From: a virus
Lineage: Duplodnaviria; Caudoviricetes
Virus record (IMG/VR): IMGVR_UViG_3300027828_000049
Location: 1-43,610 of that record
DNA: 43,610 nucleotides
Strand: one strand, 5' to 3'
Below are positions 1 to 9,435 of this stretch, piece after piece. The notes below the pieces were generated by a model. That model did no database searches and was not told where the DNA came from. It worked only from the letters and a program-made list of their open reading frames with translations. The first letter of the stretch is position 1. Each line of letters opens with the position of its first letter. A program made the translations under genes and the position numbers.

Positions 1-102
1 ATAGCCAACAATGTATTCAACTGCAACTGGGATGGAATACACACAAGCGACAAGCACATTATTTCAAAGCTGTATGATGCCGGAGTTTTAGTTAAGCAAT
101 GA
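1..102 (+). CDS. partial hypothetical protein (5' end outside the window)
   Basis: Frame 1 is open from base 1 to TGA 100-102; its stop overlaps the next ATG (ATGA at 99-102). Confidence 0.55.
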   Translation: MANNVFNCNWDGIHTSDKHIISKLYDAGVLVKQ

Positions 103-236
103 AACTCCTACTCCTAGCGGCTTGGCTGGCCGCTTTTACTCTAAACGAGTTAGCCATATGGGAACAGTCACGCGATCCTGGTGTGTGGCACTGTGAGAAA
201 TGTAAATTGTATAAGGTTGGGGTTTATGAAGAGTAA
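99..236 (+). CDS. small hypothetical protein with hydrophobic N-terminus (45 aa)
   Basis: Translated by hand: MKLLLLAAWLAAFTLNELAIWEQSRDPGVWHCEKCKLYKVGVYEE; coupled to the upstream stop. Confidence 0.5.
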   Translation: MKLLLLAAWLAAFTLNELAIWEQSRDPGVWHCEKCKLYKVGVYEE

Positions 237-382
237 TAAATGGATTAAGCGCTCTCTACGTGACATGTATAAGCATATGTACGATCGATGCATGAGTAAC
301 GACGAGGCAAGCATGCGCATTGTTCGTAAGAAGTTTAAAGCATTCGAAGATGCAATGATTAAATAACCATAGAGGAATAGAG

Positions 383-682
383 ATGAACAGAGAAGATTAC
401 AAGCACAAAAGATCAGAAATGCTAAATAGACACAGTGGTGAAATTGCCGGACTTGAGAGAGAATTTGCGCTTTCAAATAGCGATGTAAACGTTGGTGACA
501 TTGTTGTTGACCACATTAGCGCTGTAGATGTGAGAAAGATAAAATACACAACATTTGCCACTGAGTTTCCGTGCTGCGTGTATGAGGGGTATGAGCTAAC
601 AAAGAAGATGAAACGAAGAAAGAACAAAAATATTAGATATGTTGATCAGCGCAATGTAAAAGAAGTTATTTCAGTTGATTAA
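383..682 (+). CDS. hypothetical phage protein
   Basis: 99 aa ORF with RBS GAGGA upstream. Confidence 0.75.
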   Translation: MNREDYKHKRSEMLNRHSGEIAGLEREFALSNSDVNVGDIVVDHISAVDVRKIKYTTFATEFPCCVYEGYELTKKMKRRKNKNIRYVDQRNVKEVISVD

Positions 683-706
683 CCACAGTAGGTAAGGAGT
701 GACGGG

Positions 707-979
707 ATGAAATACATAACAATGATAATCGCAGCGATGGCGCTTCAGGGATGCCTAGAGATAAAGACAGAAAAATCAGACGTGATAGCCTTTACGCCAA
801 TGCAGTGTGAACGTTATGACAATGGGTACGCTGTGAAATGGACATCAATGGATAGCGTTAAAGAGGTATCATCCAGCAAGGCTGTTATTATTAACGAGAT
901 TGACGGAAAGATTGTAACAATAACAGATGAGTCAGATTGGTTATGCGAGGCTTTAGGTGATGAGGTGACGCTGAAGTAA
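707..979 (+). CDS. putative lipoprotein
   Basis: Signal peptide MKYITMIIAAMALQGC ends in a lipobox Cys; RBS AAGGAG. Confidence 0.75.
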   Translation: MKYITMIIAAMALQGCLEIKTEKSDVIAFTPMQCERYDNGYAVKWTSMDSVKEVSSSKAVIINEIDGKIVTITDESDWLCEALGDEVTLK

Positions 980-980
980 T

Positions 981-1009
981 TTGCATTAACAACACGCCCT
1001 TTGTATAAT
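981..1009 (+). promoter_or_regulatory. sigma70-type promoter driving non-coding element 1
   Basis: TTGCAT (981-986), 17 bp spacer, TATAAT (1004-1009); the -10 is flanked by the inverted repeat ACGCCCTT/AAGGGCGT. Confidence 0.75.
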
Positions 1010-1014
1010 AAGGG

Positions 1015-1616
1015 CGTAACAAAGCGGTGTGAGAGTCGCTGAAAGTGGAAAAGTAATTTGGGTTTATAAGTTCTGGTCTTAGTGTTCGTGGGTAACTCTC
1101 ACTTATGCTTTTCCAGCCCTGAGTTGCTAGGGTCAGATCTTATAAGCCCTTTTTTGCGCCTGCTAGATACTACTTAGCTTTAGCTCTACAGCATAAGCCC
1201 TAGAAGGTGCAACCCCCTTCAACGCTCCCGCAGAGATTCATTCCTTTAGCCATCCAGTGCTAATCCGCAAAGAACTGCTTAGTTTCACTGAGTAAACAAT
1301 CAAAACAGCTCCAGCACGATCGATGCTCTATGTGTGACTGCAAATCCATAGCTTGGGGAATCAGTTTAGGCTGGTTGGTTATGGAGGATTAAGAGGGGGA
1401 GCGATTCATCTTGAGCCAATCATGGATGATGACAAACAGCATTGACAATGTACCGATTAGGAATCCATCTTCGTCTGATGTAAAAATGACTGCTGATAAG
1501 TGTTTTGATTGAGCCAATTGGTTATAAAGCGTATTAAGATTAGAGCTTAGAGTCTTAAATACTGTCATCGGGGATTAGAAGCCCTCTTATTGATTACTAT
1601 TGTCTAAAACAAAGGA
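1015..1616 (+). ncRNA. large structured non-coding element, copy 1 (C4-like 5' module plus ~450 nt conserved body)
   Basis: About 600 nt with no long ORF; 25-bp G-U-rich stem 1060-1084/1125-1149 followed by a U-tract; colinear homology to 19040-19557. Confidence 0.7.
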
Positions 1617-1623
1617 GCCACAA

Positions 1624-1842
1624 ATGTCACATATTGAACGAATGAAAACTGAACACAAAGAGCTTAAAGAGCTTAAAGCAAAGATTGACGCGCTAAACAA
1701 GTTCATCTACAAGCAAGAAGATAATATTTTCGATACGCTTGATAAGGACGAGCAAGTACGTATGGTGCGGCAATTGGCGTTTATGAATGGGTATTTAGGT
1801 ATGCTTGATTCTCGCCTGTGGGTTGCTCACGGCAATAAATAG
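1624..1842 (+). CDS. small coiled-coil phage protein (resembles crAss001_48-related family)
   Basis: MSHIERMKTEHKELKELKAKIDALNKFI...QLAFMNGYLGMLDSRL pattern; RBS AAAGGAG; ATG 1624 preferred over TTG 1600. Confidence 0.7.
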   Translation: MSHIERMKTEHKELKELKAKIDALNKFIYKQEDNIFDTLDKDEQVRMVRQLAFMNGYLGMLDSRLWVAHGNK

Positions 1843-1897
1843 CACTATAAGCCCTGCCATGCGCGGGGCTTTAAGCTTATTTACAGGAGTGCGAGTA

Positions 1898-2104
1898 ATG
1901 GATAGCAATACGTTTGATTTTAAACCATACAAACCAAACATAATGGCAGACTTTAAATACGGCGATAAGATTTACCTACCGCCAGAATCATACAAGTACC
2001 TACTTGGAATGATGCGATTGCCATCAGATACAGATAAGATTGACGTGGATGGTATTGTGTTCATGCAGAATAAAGACCTGACAGATAAGGCAGTTTCGAT
2101 TTAG
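1898..2104 (+). CDS. hypothetical protein
   Basis: ATG 1898 follows AGGAG; in frame with the listed ORF 1805..2104. Confidence 0.6.
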   Translation: MDSNTFDFKPYKPNIMADFKYGDKIYLPPESYKYLLGMMRLPSDTDKIDVDGIVFMQNKDLTDKAVSI

Positions 2105-2231
2105 GAGTGCGAGTGATGAAAGAGAGAGTAATGCCTCATGCTAGGTGGTGGCAAAGGAGGAATTGGAGAAAATGAAACAAGCACAACGAAGACGATCGCA
2201 ATACTTTGACCAACGAAAGCGTGAGAAAGAA

Positions 2232-2256
2232 AGTCGCCATTAGGTGGCTTTTTTTT
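2232..2256 (+). terminator. rho-independent terminator, followed by an extended -10 promoter (TGTTATAAT 2261-2269) for the tail block
   Basis: AGTCGCC-atta-GGTGGCT hairpin plus T-run. Confidence 0.7.
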
Positions 2257-2288
2257 CGCGTGTTATAATGGCAGAAACAGGAGGGCGC

Positions 2289-2663
2289 ATGATCACACTA
2301 GAAGAAGCTAAAGCAGCACTGAAGAACTACGGTCTCAAGATCGACGATAAGACTCTCGAGTGCTATGTCGAAATAGTCAACGAGACAAGCCAGTGCCTGA
2401 TTGATGCTGGATTATCAGATTGTAAGGTGCATGTAGTCCTCATTAACGCATTACTGCTGCAGGTTTGGTTTGCTGGGCCAGCTAAAATTAGTTCAACATC
2501 TGGCGCATCAGGCTCAAGCGTATCGTTTAAATTTGATGACGATCAATATAAAAAGTTGACCAGCCAAATTAACCAGCTGGATAAAGACGGCTGCACTGCA
2601 TCAATAATCCCGCCAGACCCTAGCAAAGATTCAGCTTACTTCGATGTGGTGTGTGGCTTATGA
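2289..2663 (+). CDS. head-tail connector/adaptor protein
   Basis: ATG 2289 after GGAGG; the ISSTSGASGSSVSFKF and LDKDGCT motifs are typical of adaptors in this siphovirus group; first gene of the neck/tail block. Confidence 0.7.
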   Translation: MITLEEAKAALKNYGLKIDDKTLECYVEIVNETSQCLIDAGLSDCKVHVVLINALLLQVWFAGPAKISSTSGASGSSVSFKFDDDQYKKLTSQINQLDKDGCTASIIPPDPSKDSAYFDVVCGL

Positions 2664-3028
2664 GTACTGGACAGCGCTCAGTATTGGATATCATGGGTGT
2701 GAATGCAGTTTGTACTGTATGGCCAAACGAAGGGCGCAGCGGTTATGGGCAGGTTAGTTTCGGGCTGCCATACACTATCGAGGCTGAGTTCAAATCTAGC
2801 AACGGCACGACACGAAATGCATCCGGTACTGAGATAGTATTCTCATCATCATTCTTTACTGAAGAGGACGCTGTTACGACTCTAATCAGGGATGGCGATC
2901 GCATACTAAATGGTGATAACACCGCCACTCTTGACCCGATTGCAGCAGGTGCCTATGAGGTGCTTAGCGTGGATAAGTCCAGCCCTGTGCTAGAGGGTGA
3001 TTTAAATGACTTGGCTGTGAGGGCGTGA
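2660..3028 (+). CDS. head closure/stopper protein
   Basis: Position and size; TVWP...YGQVSFGLPYTI pattern; ATGA coupling at 2660. Confidence 0.65.
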   Translation: MSTGQRSVLDIMGVNAVCTVWPNEGRSGYGQVSFGLPYTIEAEFKSSNGTTRNASGTEIVFSSSFFTEEDAVTTLIRDGDRILNGDNTATLDPIAAGAYEVLSVDKSSPVLEGDLNDLAVRA

Positions 3029-3029
3029 T

Positions 3030-3404
3030 ATGCCACTTAAAGGGGTCGGGAAGGTCAAACGGCAACTTAATAGCCTTCAGGATGTGGCAAAGCCTGCAGC
3101 AAAAACAATGCAGCAGTGGCTAGTGCTAATTGGAACAGAGAGCGCCATAGGAACACCAATAGATACCAGCACCTTAATAAATAGCCAATTCAAATCGCAA
3201 GAGGCAATGACAACCTTGGTTAAGGGTATTATTGGGTACAGCGCAAACTATGCCGTTTACACGCACGATACAAAATATCCAATGAACTTTCGAAGGTCTA
3301 CGGCAAGGAAAGAATACCTGATACTTGCCATACAAGAGACGGAATCGGCCAGAGTGGCAATGCTTCGTCGGAATGTCGATGACTTCATTAAGGGCAACTC
3401 ATGA
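3030..3404 (+). CDS. neck/tail-completion protein (HK97 gp10-like)
   Basis: TPIDTSTLINSQF and GYSANYAVYTHD motifs. Confidence 0.75.
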   Translation: MPLKGVGKVKRQLNSLQDVAKPAAKTMQQWLVLIGTESAIGTPIDTSTLINSQFKSQEAMTTLVKGIIGYSANYAVYTHDTKYPMNFRRSTARKEYLILAIQETESARVAMLRRNVDDFIKGNS

Positions 3405-3760
3405 ACTACAGAACTATTGCTGATTGGCTGGAGGCTTCCGGCCTTGTTACTGGGATTGATATTGGTCGCGGAGTATACATAGAGCCAACAATACCAACGG
3501 CTCGTAAAATTTGCGTTATTCCCACTGGTGGAACGGCACCTAGCGATGTTAACAATCAAGTTCTTGCGTCAATATTTTTCATATCTCAGCAAGAGGACAA
3601 CCCAGAGTCTTTCGAGGATTTGATAAACTCCGTAATTGAGCACTCAAGGTGTAACTACAAGTTTGATGGGTTTAATATCAAGGCGACAACAATGCTTCCT
3701 AGTCCGGTTATGACGCAGGGCAATAGGGCGGTTTATGAAATTGGCTTTGTAATGCAATAA
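3401..3760 (+). CDS. tail terminator protein
   Basis: Size and position immediately before the tail tube gene; C-terminal PVMTQGNRAVYEI. Confidence 0.65.
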   Translation: MNYRTIADWLEASGLVTGIDIGRGVYIEPTIPTARKICVIPTGGTAPSDVNNQVLASIFFISQQEDNPESFEDLINSVIEHSRCNYKFDGFNIKATTMLPSPVMTQGNRAVYEIGFVMQ

Positions 3761-3800
3761 GATTTAAAATATACCAGTCATTAACTATGAGGATTTACAA

Positions 3801-4292
3801 ATGGCCGATTGCCCCAACACAGGCGGGAAGTACCTAGGCGACAGAGTTCGCGTTGAGGTTGACCTGACGTTATGTAGCGATGCATACCCAACAGAAGGCG
3901 CGTGGAGAAAGATTGGCGCTCTAGCCTCTAGAGACATCGACTTTAACGCCGATACCGTCGAATCAATTACTGACGTTCAGGCTGGATTTAAAGAGACGTA
4001 CGCAACATTCCAAAATGCATCATTCTCATTCTCTGGCGAGCAAAAAGAGAGCTATATCAACAACGAGGCTCTTTTGGATATGGTTGTGTACCGCGCTCAG
4101 CAGCTCGCAGCCAGAAAGCAGCCATCTATGTGGTTGCGAGTAACCACTCCAGCACTTACATATACATTCTGGATTAACCTTATCGGGTACTCAGAAGCAA
4201 ACCCAGAGGATGCGCTTTCAACGTTCTCTCTGACCATGAACGCAACAGGCTCCGTGCTGCCGCCAAAAGTGGATCGAACACCTCAGCCTTAA
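3801..4292 (+). CDS. major tail (tube) protein
   Basis: 163 aa, strong RBS GAGGA; beta-rich, with WRKIGAL...DFNADTVE and FSLTM...G patterns of siphovirus tail tube proteins. Confidence 0.8.
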   Translation: MADCPNTGGKYLGDRVRVEVDLTLCSDAYPTEGAWRKIGALASRDIDFNADTVESITDVQAGFKETYATFQNASFSFSGEQKESYINNEALLDMVVYRAQQLAARKQPSMWLRVTTPALTYTFWINLIGYSEANPEDALSTFSLTMNATGSVLPPKVDRTPQP

Positions 4293-4301
4293 GGTTAAGC
4301 A

Positions 4302-4964
4302 ATGACTAAAATCCTCAAAGATATAGGTCAGTGCAAGGTAATATCGGGGGGGGTGGAATACATTTTCACCCCCTCTTTCATTAACATTGCGCAGATTGGC
4401 GAGCCTGACGAGATAATCAGGAAGTTCAACTACATCTTAGATCAGATGTCCATCAATGAAATATCGTCATCATTCAACTATTACACCAAGGCAGTAAGAC
4501 TAACTTACATAGCGAGATTATGCCTAAGCACGGCAATTGATATACTGCAGTGCTGCTGTGATAAAAATCTACCAGAATCGCTTGTTGGTGGGTGGGATGA
4601 TAAAAGCCGTTACGTGCTGTCTAACAAAAGATCCGGAATGCCACCAACTGACATATTGGTTGTTGCTGGAATGCTCATGAAGTTCGGGCTCATCGGTGAT
4701 GTTGGCGCAAGGTCAAACAGTGGTGATGCATCTAGCGATGGATTTAATGCATTCAAGTTCATTTCTTTTGCTGAGGATCGGCTAGGTAAAACGTCTGATG
4801 AAGCAAGAAACATGACAATGGTCCAGTTTCAGCACTCCTTCGACTCTCACTTTCCAGAGGTCAATGAAAGGCAAAAAGACAAAGACGATGCCAAAGAGGC
4901 TGACGACTACTTTGATAGAGTTGATGATTTAAGAAAACGTCAGGCGGAGTTGAAAGATGGCTGA
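4302..4964 (+). CDS. tail assembly chaperone (DUF6246-like)
   Basis: Lies between tube and tape measure genes; YIFTPSFINIAQIGEP and EARNMTMVQFQ motifs. Confidence 0.7.
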   Translation: MTKILKDIGQCKVISGGVEYIFTPSFINIAQIGEPDEIIRKFNYILDQMSINEISSSFNYYTKAVRLTYIARLCLSTAIDILQCCCDKNLPESLVGGWDDKSRYVLSNKRSGMPPTDILVVAGMLMKFGLIGDVGARSNSGDASSDGFNAFKFISFAEDRLGKTSDEARNMTMVQFQHSFDSHFPEVNERQKDKDDAKEADDYFDRVDDLRKRQAELKDG

Positions 4965-6846
4965 AGACTTAAAATATGAACTAGATATTGAATACAAGAA
5001 GTTTATCGACGGAAGTCGACAGGCTAACAAAGCTCTTGTTGATATGGATAAGCGAGCCAAAAAGACAGATGCGTCTCTTGATGATCTTTACAACTCAGGG
5101 TTGGCGCTTGGCACTCAAATGACCAAGACAGCCAAGGGCGTAAACACCGCAAACAAGTCATTCAGAGCAATGAAAGGGGCAACGTCACAGCTATCGTTCC
5201 AGCTTCAGGATATTGCAGTACAGGCGCAGATGGGAACCGACTCACTGATCATACTTGGTCAGCAGGGCCCGCAAATAGCATCGATATTTGGCGCTGGTGG
5301 TGCAGTCGTTGGTGCTCTTATTGCCGTCGGGGCGCTGCTTGCAGGTGCATTCTCAAGCAGCGTTGGCAAGGCCGAAGAATCTCTTGATGGATTGATTGAG
5401 AGAGTCAACGAGCTTGGGGTTGCTGAGACTGAGCTTTTAAGGGTTAAGCTCTCAGAAGAAATACTACGAATGTCAGAAGAGGTTCGCGGGGCAGAAGCTG
5501 AGGTCTCAGTGCTTAACGACGAGCTTGAAAAGCAGAGAAGCACATTAAAAAGCCTGTCAGATGGCACGGCAACTGGTTGGTTAACTGACTTTTTGCCAGT
5601 TGCAGATCAGGCCAATGAAAAAATAAACGAGCTAAGCCGAGAGCTGATCGAGGCAAAAGGCAATACTGAAAGAATCACAGCAACATACGAGAAGTACAAG
5701 CAGTTACTTTCTGATATATCCAATGGGAATATTGAGCATGCAAACGCGCTCAAAAAGTCCACGGAAGAATTTAACGACCTTAGCAAGTCCTTGGCATTGC
5801 AGATTGAGCTTGTTGGAAAATCAGAGGTTGAGCAGGCAAAAATAGCTGCAGCATATCAGCTTGGGTCTGAGGCAACGAAAGAGCAAAAGCAGGCTGTAGA
5901 CACGCTAATTGAGGCTTACTACAGAGAGCTAGAGGCAACAAACCTGAGAAAAGAAGCTCAAGCACAAACAACAAAAGAGGCCGAGAAAAACGCCCAACTA
6001 ATCGAGTCACTGTCTAACGCTTACGAAGTGGCGGCACTAAAGGCTGGCGGGTACAACAAAGAGGCATTTATTCTTGCTCAAACGCAAAAGCTTGCGGCAA
6101 GCGCAACCGACGAGCAAATAGCTAAGACAAAAGAGCTTTCAGCTGCACTGTTTGAATCTCAGCAGGTGCGAAGCACAGAGCAAGGCCAAGCATTCTTAGA
6201 TAGCCTTCTTTCACAGCAAGCAACAGAGCTTGAGTTGATCGGAATTCACGAACAGGCAAAGCTTGATCAGGCGATGGAATTTTACTTGCAGGGACAGACT
6301 ACGTTCCAGCAATACCAAAACTCACTGACCGCAATAGGAGAGAACGCAGCAGCAGCAAGGATGGCGCTAGACAAAAAAGAGAATGACTTGAAGTTAAGCG
6401 GCTTAGCGTCAATGTTTGGCAATCTATCTGTACTAATGAATACAGAATCAAGAAAGATGTTTGAGATAGGCAAGACGGCTGCTATTGCTGAAACGATAGT
6501 TAGCACATACAGCTCAGCTCAAAAGTCATATGACGCAATGGCAAGCATTCCATACGTTGGGCCCGCGCTAGGCGCTGCTGCTGCTGCTGCTGCAATCGTT
6601 GGCGGACTTGCTAGAGTATCCGCAATAGAGTCGCAATCATTTAGCCGAGGCTCTGTATCTGCGACAGGTGGAGACCTTGGAGTACCTTCTGCACCATCAG
6701 CGCCAGAAGCAAGCCAGCAACAGGCTAACAGGCTAGATATTAACTTCACTGGCGTGTCTGATAGCAAGGTCGGCTTCGTGCTTGCTGAGGTGTTAAATGA
6801 TAGTATTGCAGAGGGCGCGCAAATAATAACGGTGAATCAATCATGA
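4957..6846 (+). CDS. tail tape measure protein
   Basis: 629 aa, Ala/Glu/Leu-rich coiled coil; QLQDIAVQAQMGT...QQGPQIASIFG lambda-type TMP motif; C-terminal IPYVGPALGAAAAAAA. Confidence 0.9.
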   Translation: MAEDLKYELDIEYKKFIDGSRQANKALVDMDKRAKKTDASLDDLYNSGLALGTQMTKTAKGVNTANKSFRAMKGATSQLSFQLQDIAVQAQMGTDSLIILGQQGPQIASIFGAGGAVVGALIAVGALLAGAFSSSVGKAEESLDGLIERVNELGVAETELLRVKLSEEILRMSEEVRGAEAEVSVLNDELEKQRSTLKSLSDGTATGWLTDFLPVADQANEKINELSRELIEAKGNTERITATYEKYKQLLSDISNGNIEHANALKKSTEEFNDLSKSLALQIELVGKSEVEQAKIAAAYQLGSEATKEQKQAVDTLIEAYYRELEATNLRKEAQAQTTKEAEKNAQLIESLSNAYEVAALKAGGYNKEAFILAQTQKLAASATDEQIAKTKELSAALFESQQVRSTEQGQAFLDSLLSQQATELELIGIHEQAKLDQAMEFYLQGQTTFQQYQNSLTAIGENAAAARMALDKKENDLKLSGLASMFGNLSVLMNTESRKMFEIGKTAAIAETIVSTYSSAQKSYDAMASIPYVGPALGAAAAAAAIVGGLARVSAIESQSFSRGSVSATGGDLGVPSAPSAPEASQQQANRLDINFTGVSDSKVGFVLAEVLNDSIAEGAQIITVNQS

Positions 6847-7640
6847 GCTTAGTTATAACCCAAAATATTTTACTAGGTGCCAAGGATTGCCCTGTTATAA
6901 AACCACACTTCGCAAGGATCGGGTGGAACACAAAGACGGACTCCATATCAGCTAGCAGCGAGGCTGCTGGTTTTGAGGCATCTAATGCACTGTCAATAGG
7001 TGATCATCAGTACTGGATGCCAACAGCAATGCCAGCAACAGCAGAAATAACCCTGTCAGGTTCAATATCTTTTATTGGAATAGCTGCATCCGACCTTTCC
7101 GCTAAAGGCGTAACAGTTAAGGCCGAATACTTTGATGGATCTAACTATCAACTGATCAGCGAGGTTATACCAGGCAACGACTACGGGCTAATGTTTATTT
7201 TTGATGAGCTTACGACGGAAAAGATAAGGCTGACTTTTTCAGGGGTTGAGATACCTCAGATTGGCGTGATACAGGCTGGTGATGTGATTACAATGCCTGC
7301 AAATATTGAGTCTGGATACCTTGATTTAAAGCTAGGCAGAAGCACCGTATTTGACAACAACCTATCAGAAAACGGCAAGCTTTTAGGTCGAAGGGTTATA
7401 AGAACATCACTATCGGGAACTCCGGAGTGGAAGGTTGTTGAGTATGATTGGGTAGCAAAATACTTTACAGATTTCATGGATTACGCGGAAACTAGCCCGT
7501 ATTTTTTTGCGCAAAATCCGCAAGAGGAGCCTGATTCCGTTTATTACTGCTGGTCAAATGACTCGTTGTTTAAGTCGCTTGGTAGAAGAAATCGCCAATA
7601 CCTGCCTGTAAAAATACCAATGGAGGCATACCTTGGGTGA
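6843..7640 (+). CDS. tail tip/distal tail protein
   Basis: Directly after the TMP; beta-rich, 265 aa. Confidence 0.6.
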   Translation: MSLVITQNILLGAKDCPVIKPHFARIGWNTKTDSISASSEAAGFEASNALSIGDHQYWMPTAMPATAEITLSGSISFIGIAASDLSAKGVTVKAEYFDGSNYQLISEVIPGNDYGLMFIFDELTTEKIRLTFSGVEIPQIGVIQAGDVITMPANIESGYLDLKLGRSTVFDNNLSENGKLLGRRVIRTSLSGTPEWKVVEYDWVAKYFTDFMDYAETSPYFFAQNPQEEPDSVYYCWSNDSLFKSLGRRNRQYLPVKIPMEAYLG

Positions 7641-9435
7641 TTACAACAGAGAGCCTATAACAATAGTTGAGATTGACCCTGATTTTTGCGGTAATACCTA
7701 CGGGATCGCACCATGCACGGCGATTATTTCAGAGTCATCAACTGGCCAGAAGTGCTTTAACACCTATGTCACATGCCAAGATCGAGAAAACTACGACCGG
7801 CAAACACAAACTCTTAGATTTGTAGCGCCACACTCTAACTCAATGATCGCCGGTGTTAACCTGCTGCCTCTTATATCAACAAACAGAGAGGGGAAGGTGA
7901 GTGTCAGCGCAAGCCCAACAAAGGTTAACATTGGCGGGGCAAGTGCTAACTCGTCACCGCTGGGCAAGCGCGAGACTGTCACAATCAAGATGCGTGACAT
8001 GCCATACAACGACGCGATAGTTGACCCGTACCGTGATGAACGACCATACAACCCAGTTGATAAAGGTACGTTTTGGCCCAAGTGGCTAGCTAGAAACCCG
8101 TATTATCAAGGTAGAAACATTCGCGTACTTGAGGGGTTTGCAGGTCAACCTCTCGGCAGTTTCAGGGCTCGTCATTACATCATCGATTCAATAACGCAGC
8201 CAGACAGCAGCGGCAGCGTAACAATCAAGGCATTCGACATACTTCGCAAAACGGATGGTGACAAAGCCAAGTACCCAGAAGTTATAAGATGCTCCCTATC
8301 TTCGGATGTAGATGCAAGTCAGACAACGATACAGGCGGCTGGCGCAGCGTCAGATTTTAACGTGTCCGATCCAATCATAAGCTATGGGTTTATTAGGATT
8401 AATGACGAGGTTATAGCATTTGGATCGGTGTCTGATATCGGCGGTGGTCTAATCCAGTTTAATGGGTGCACCAGGGCCACAAATGGAACTGAGGCATCAG
8501 ATCACAGCGCTGAGGATGATATATTTCGGTGCGTTAGAGTGGCTGGTAAATCATGGAAGGTCGCCGCGTGGCTGCTCGAGGGGCCAGCAAAGATACCAAG
8601 CCAGTACATCGATAACGCCGCGTGGGATGCTGAGTGTGAGCCTTGGATTAACACGTTTGATGTGAGCACATTACTAACCGAGGCTGCTGACGTTAACAAG
8701 TTGGTCTCTGAGCTTACCCAGCAATCACTGTTTTATATTTGGTGGGACGCTTACGAGCAAGAGATCAAGATTAAGCCCTTTCAGCTACCAGGCGACAACG
8801 TGACAAAAATAAATGACACAGAGAGCATTCTTGCCGGAACATACAAAGAAAGCGTTGATGATAAATCAAGAAAGACGCAGGTTTGGGTTTTCTTTGGTCG
8901 ACGCGATGCAACTGAAAGCCTAGATAAAGACTCAAACTATACAAACCTACAGGTTAATGCTGACGAGGATGCGGAGTCTGATAATCAGTATGGTGAGCCT
9001 AGGATTATGAAGATCTATTCTAGATGGATAAACAACTCAACGCAGGCGCTAACTCTCGGATTTAGATTACTAGCAAGATACAGAACCCCACCAAGGATTG
9101 TAACCATCGAGCTTGATAATAAGGATGGTCTGCTTGGGGTTGGTGATGTTCTGGATGTTTCACACAGAAATCTAACCGATGTGTTTGGTGATCAGATAGA
9201 GCGGCGATTCGAAGTGATCAGCAAGGAGGACTCAGTTATGGGTCATAAGCTGAAGGTTGACGCACAGCTTTATGACTATGCCGGTGATGTTTCTTTGAGG
9301 TATATCAGATACTCGCCTAGCGATTACACACCAGATTACAGCAGCGCCACACAAGAAGAAAAAGACACAGGTTACTATTACGCCGACAGTAATGGTAAAA
9401 TGCCTAATGGTGATGACGGATATAGGTACTTTTAA
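7633..9435 (+). CDS. tail tip/baseplate hub protein
   Basis: 600 aa; N-terminal Cys cluster (CGNTYGIAPCTA...KCFNTYVTC) and RINDEVI...RATNGTEASDH motif typical of siphovirus tip proteins. Confidence 0.7.
   Translation: MGDYNREPITIVEIDPDFCGNTYGIAPCTAIISESSTGQKCFNTYVTCQDRENYDRQTQTLRFVAPHSNSMIAGVNLLPLISTNREGKVSVSASPTKVNIGGASANSSPLGKRETVTIKMRDMPYNDAIVDPYRDERPYNPVDKGTFWPKWLARNPYYQGRNIRVLEGFAGQPLGSFRARHYIIDSITQPDSSGSVTIKAFDILRKTDGDKAKYPEVIRCSLSSDVDASQTTIQAAGAASDFNVSDPIISYGFIRINDEVIAFGSVSDIGGGLIQFNGCTRATNGTEASDHSAEDDIFRCVRVAGKSWKVAAWLLEGPAKIPSQYIDNAAWDAECEPWINTFDVSTLLTEAADVNKLVSELTQQSLFYIWWDAYEQEIKIKPFQLPGDNVTKINDTESILAGTYKESVDDKSRKTQVWVFFGRRDATESLDKDSNYTNLQVNADEDAESDNQYGEPRIMKIYSRWINNSTQALTLGFRLLARYRTPPRIVTIELDNKDGLLGVGDVLDVSHRNLTDVFGDQIERRFEVISKEDSVMGHKLKVDAQLYDYAGDVSLRYIRYSPSDYTPDYSSATQEEKDTGYYYADSNGKMPNGDDGYRYF

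Noticed and set aside
1284-1293. Exact 10-mer TTCACTGAGT shared with 19293-19302
   Set aside because: It is not colinear with the longer core alignment (after the core in copy 1, before it in copy 2), so it was not used as evidence.
1656-1677. 9-nt tandem duplication AAAGAGCTT (KELKEL)
   Set aside because: An in-frame micro-duplication in a coiled coil, with no sign of wider significance.
4302-4964. Programmed frameshift in the tail assembly chaperone
   Set aside because: One continuous ORF fills the space up to the tape measure gene, so there is no second frame to shift into.
5259-8699. Numerous antisense/overlapping ORFs in the ORF track (here and across the genome)
   Set aside because: They lie opposite or within well-supported genes, show no recognisable motifs and have shadow-frame composition.
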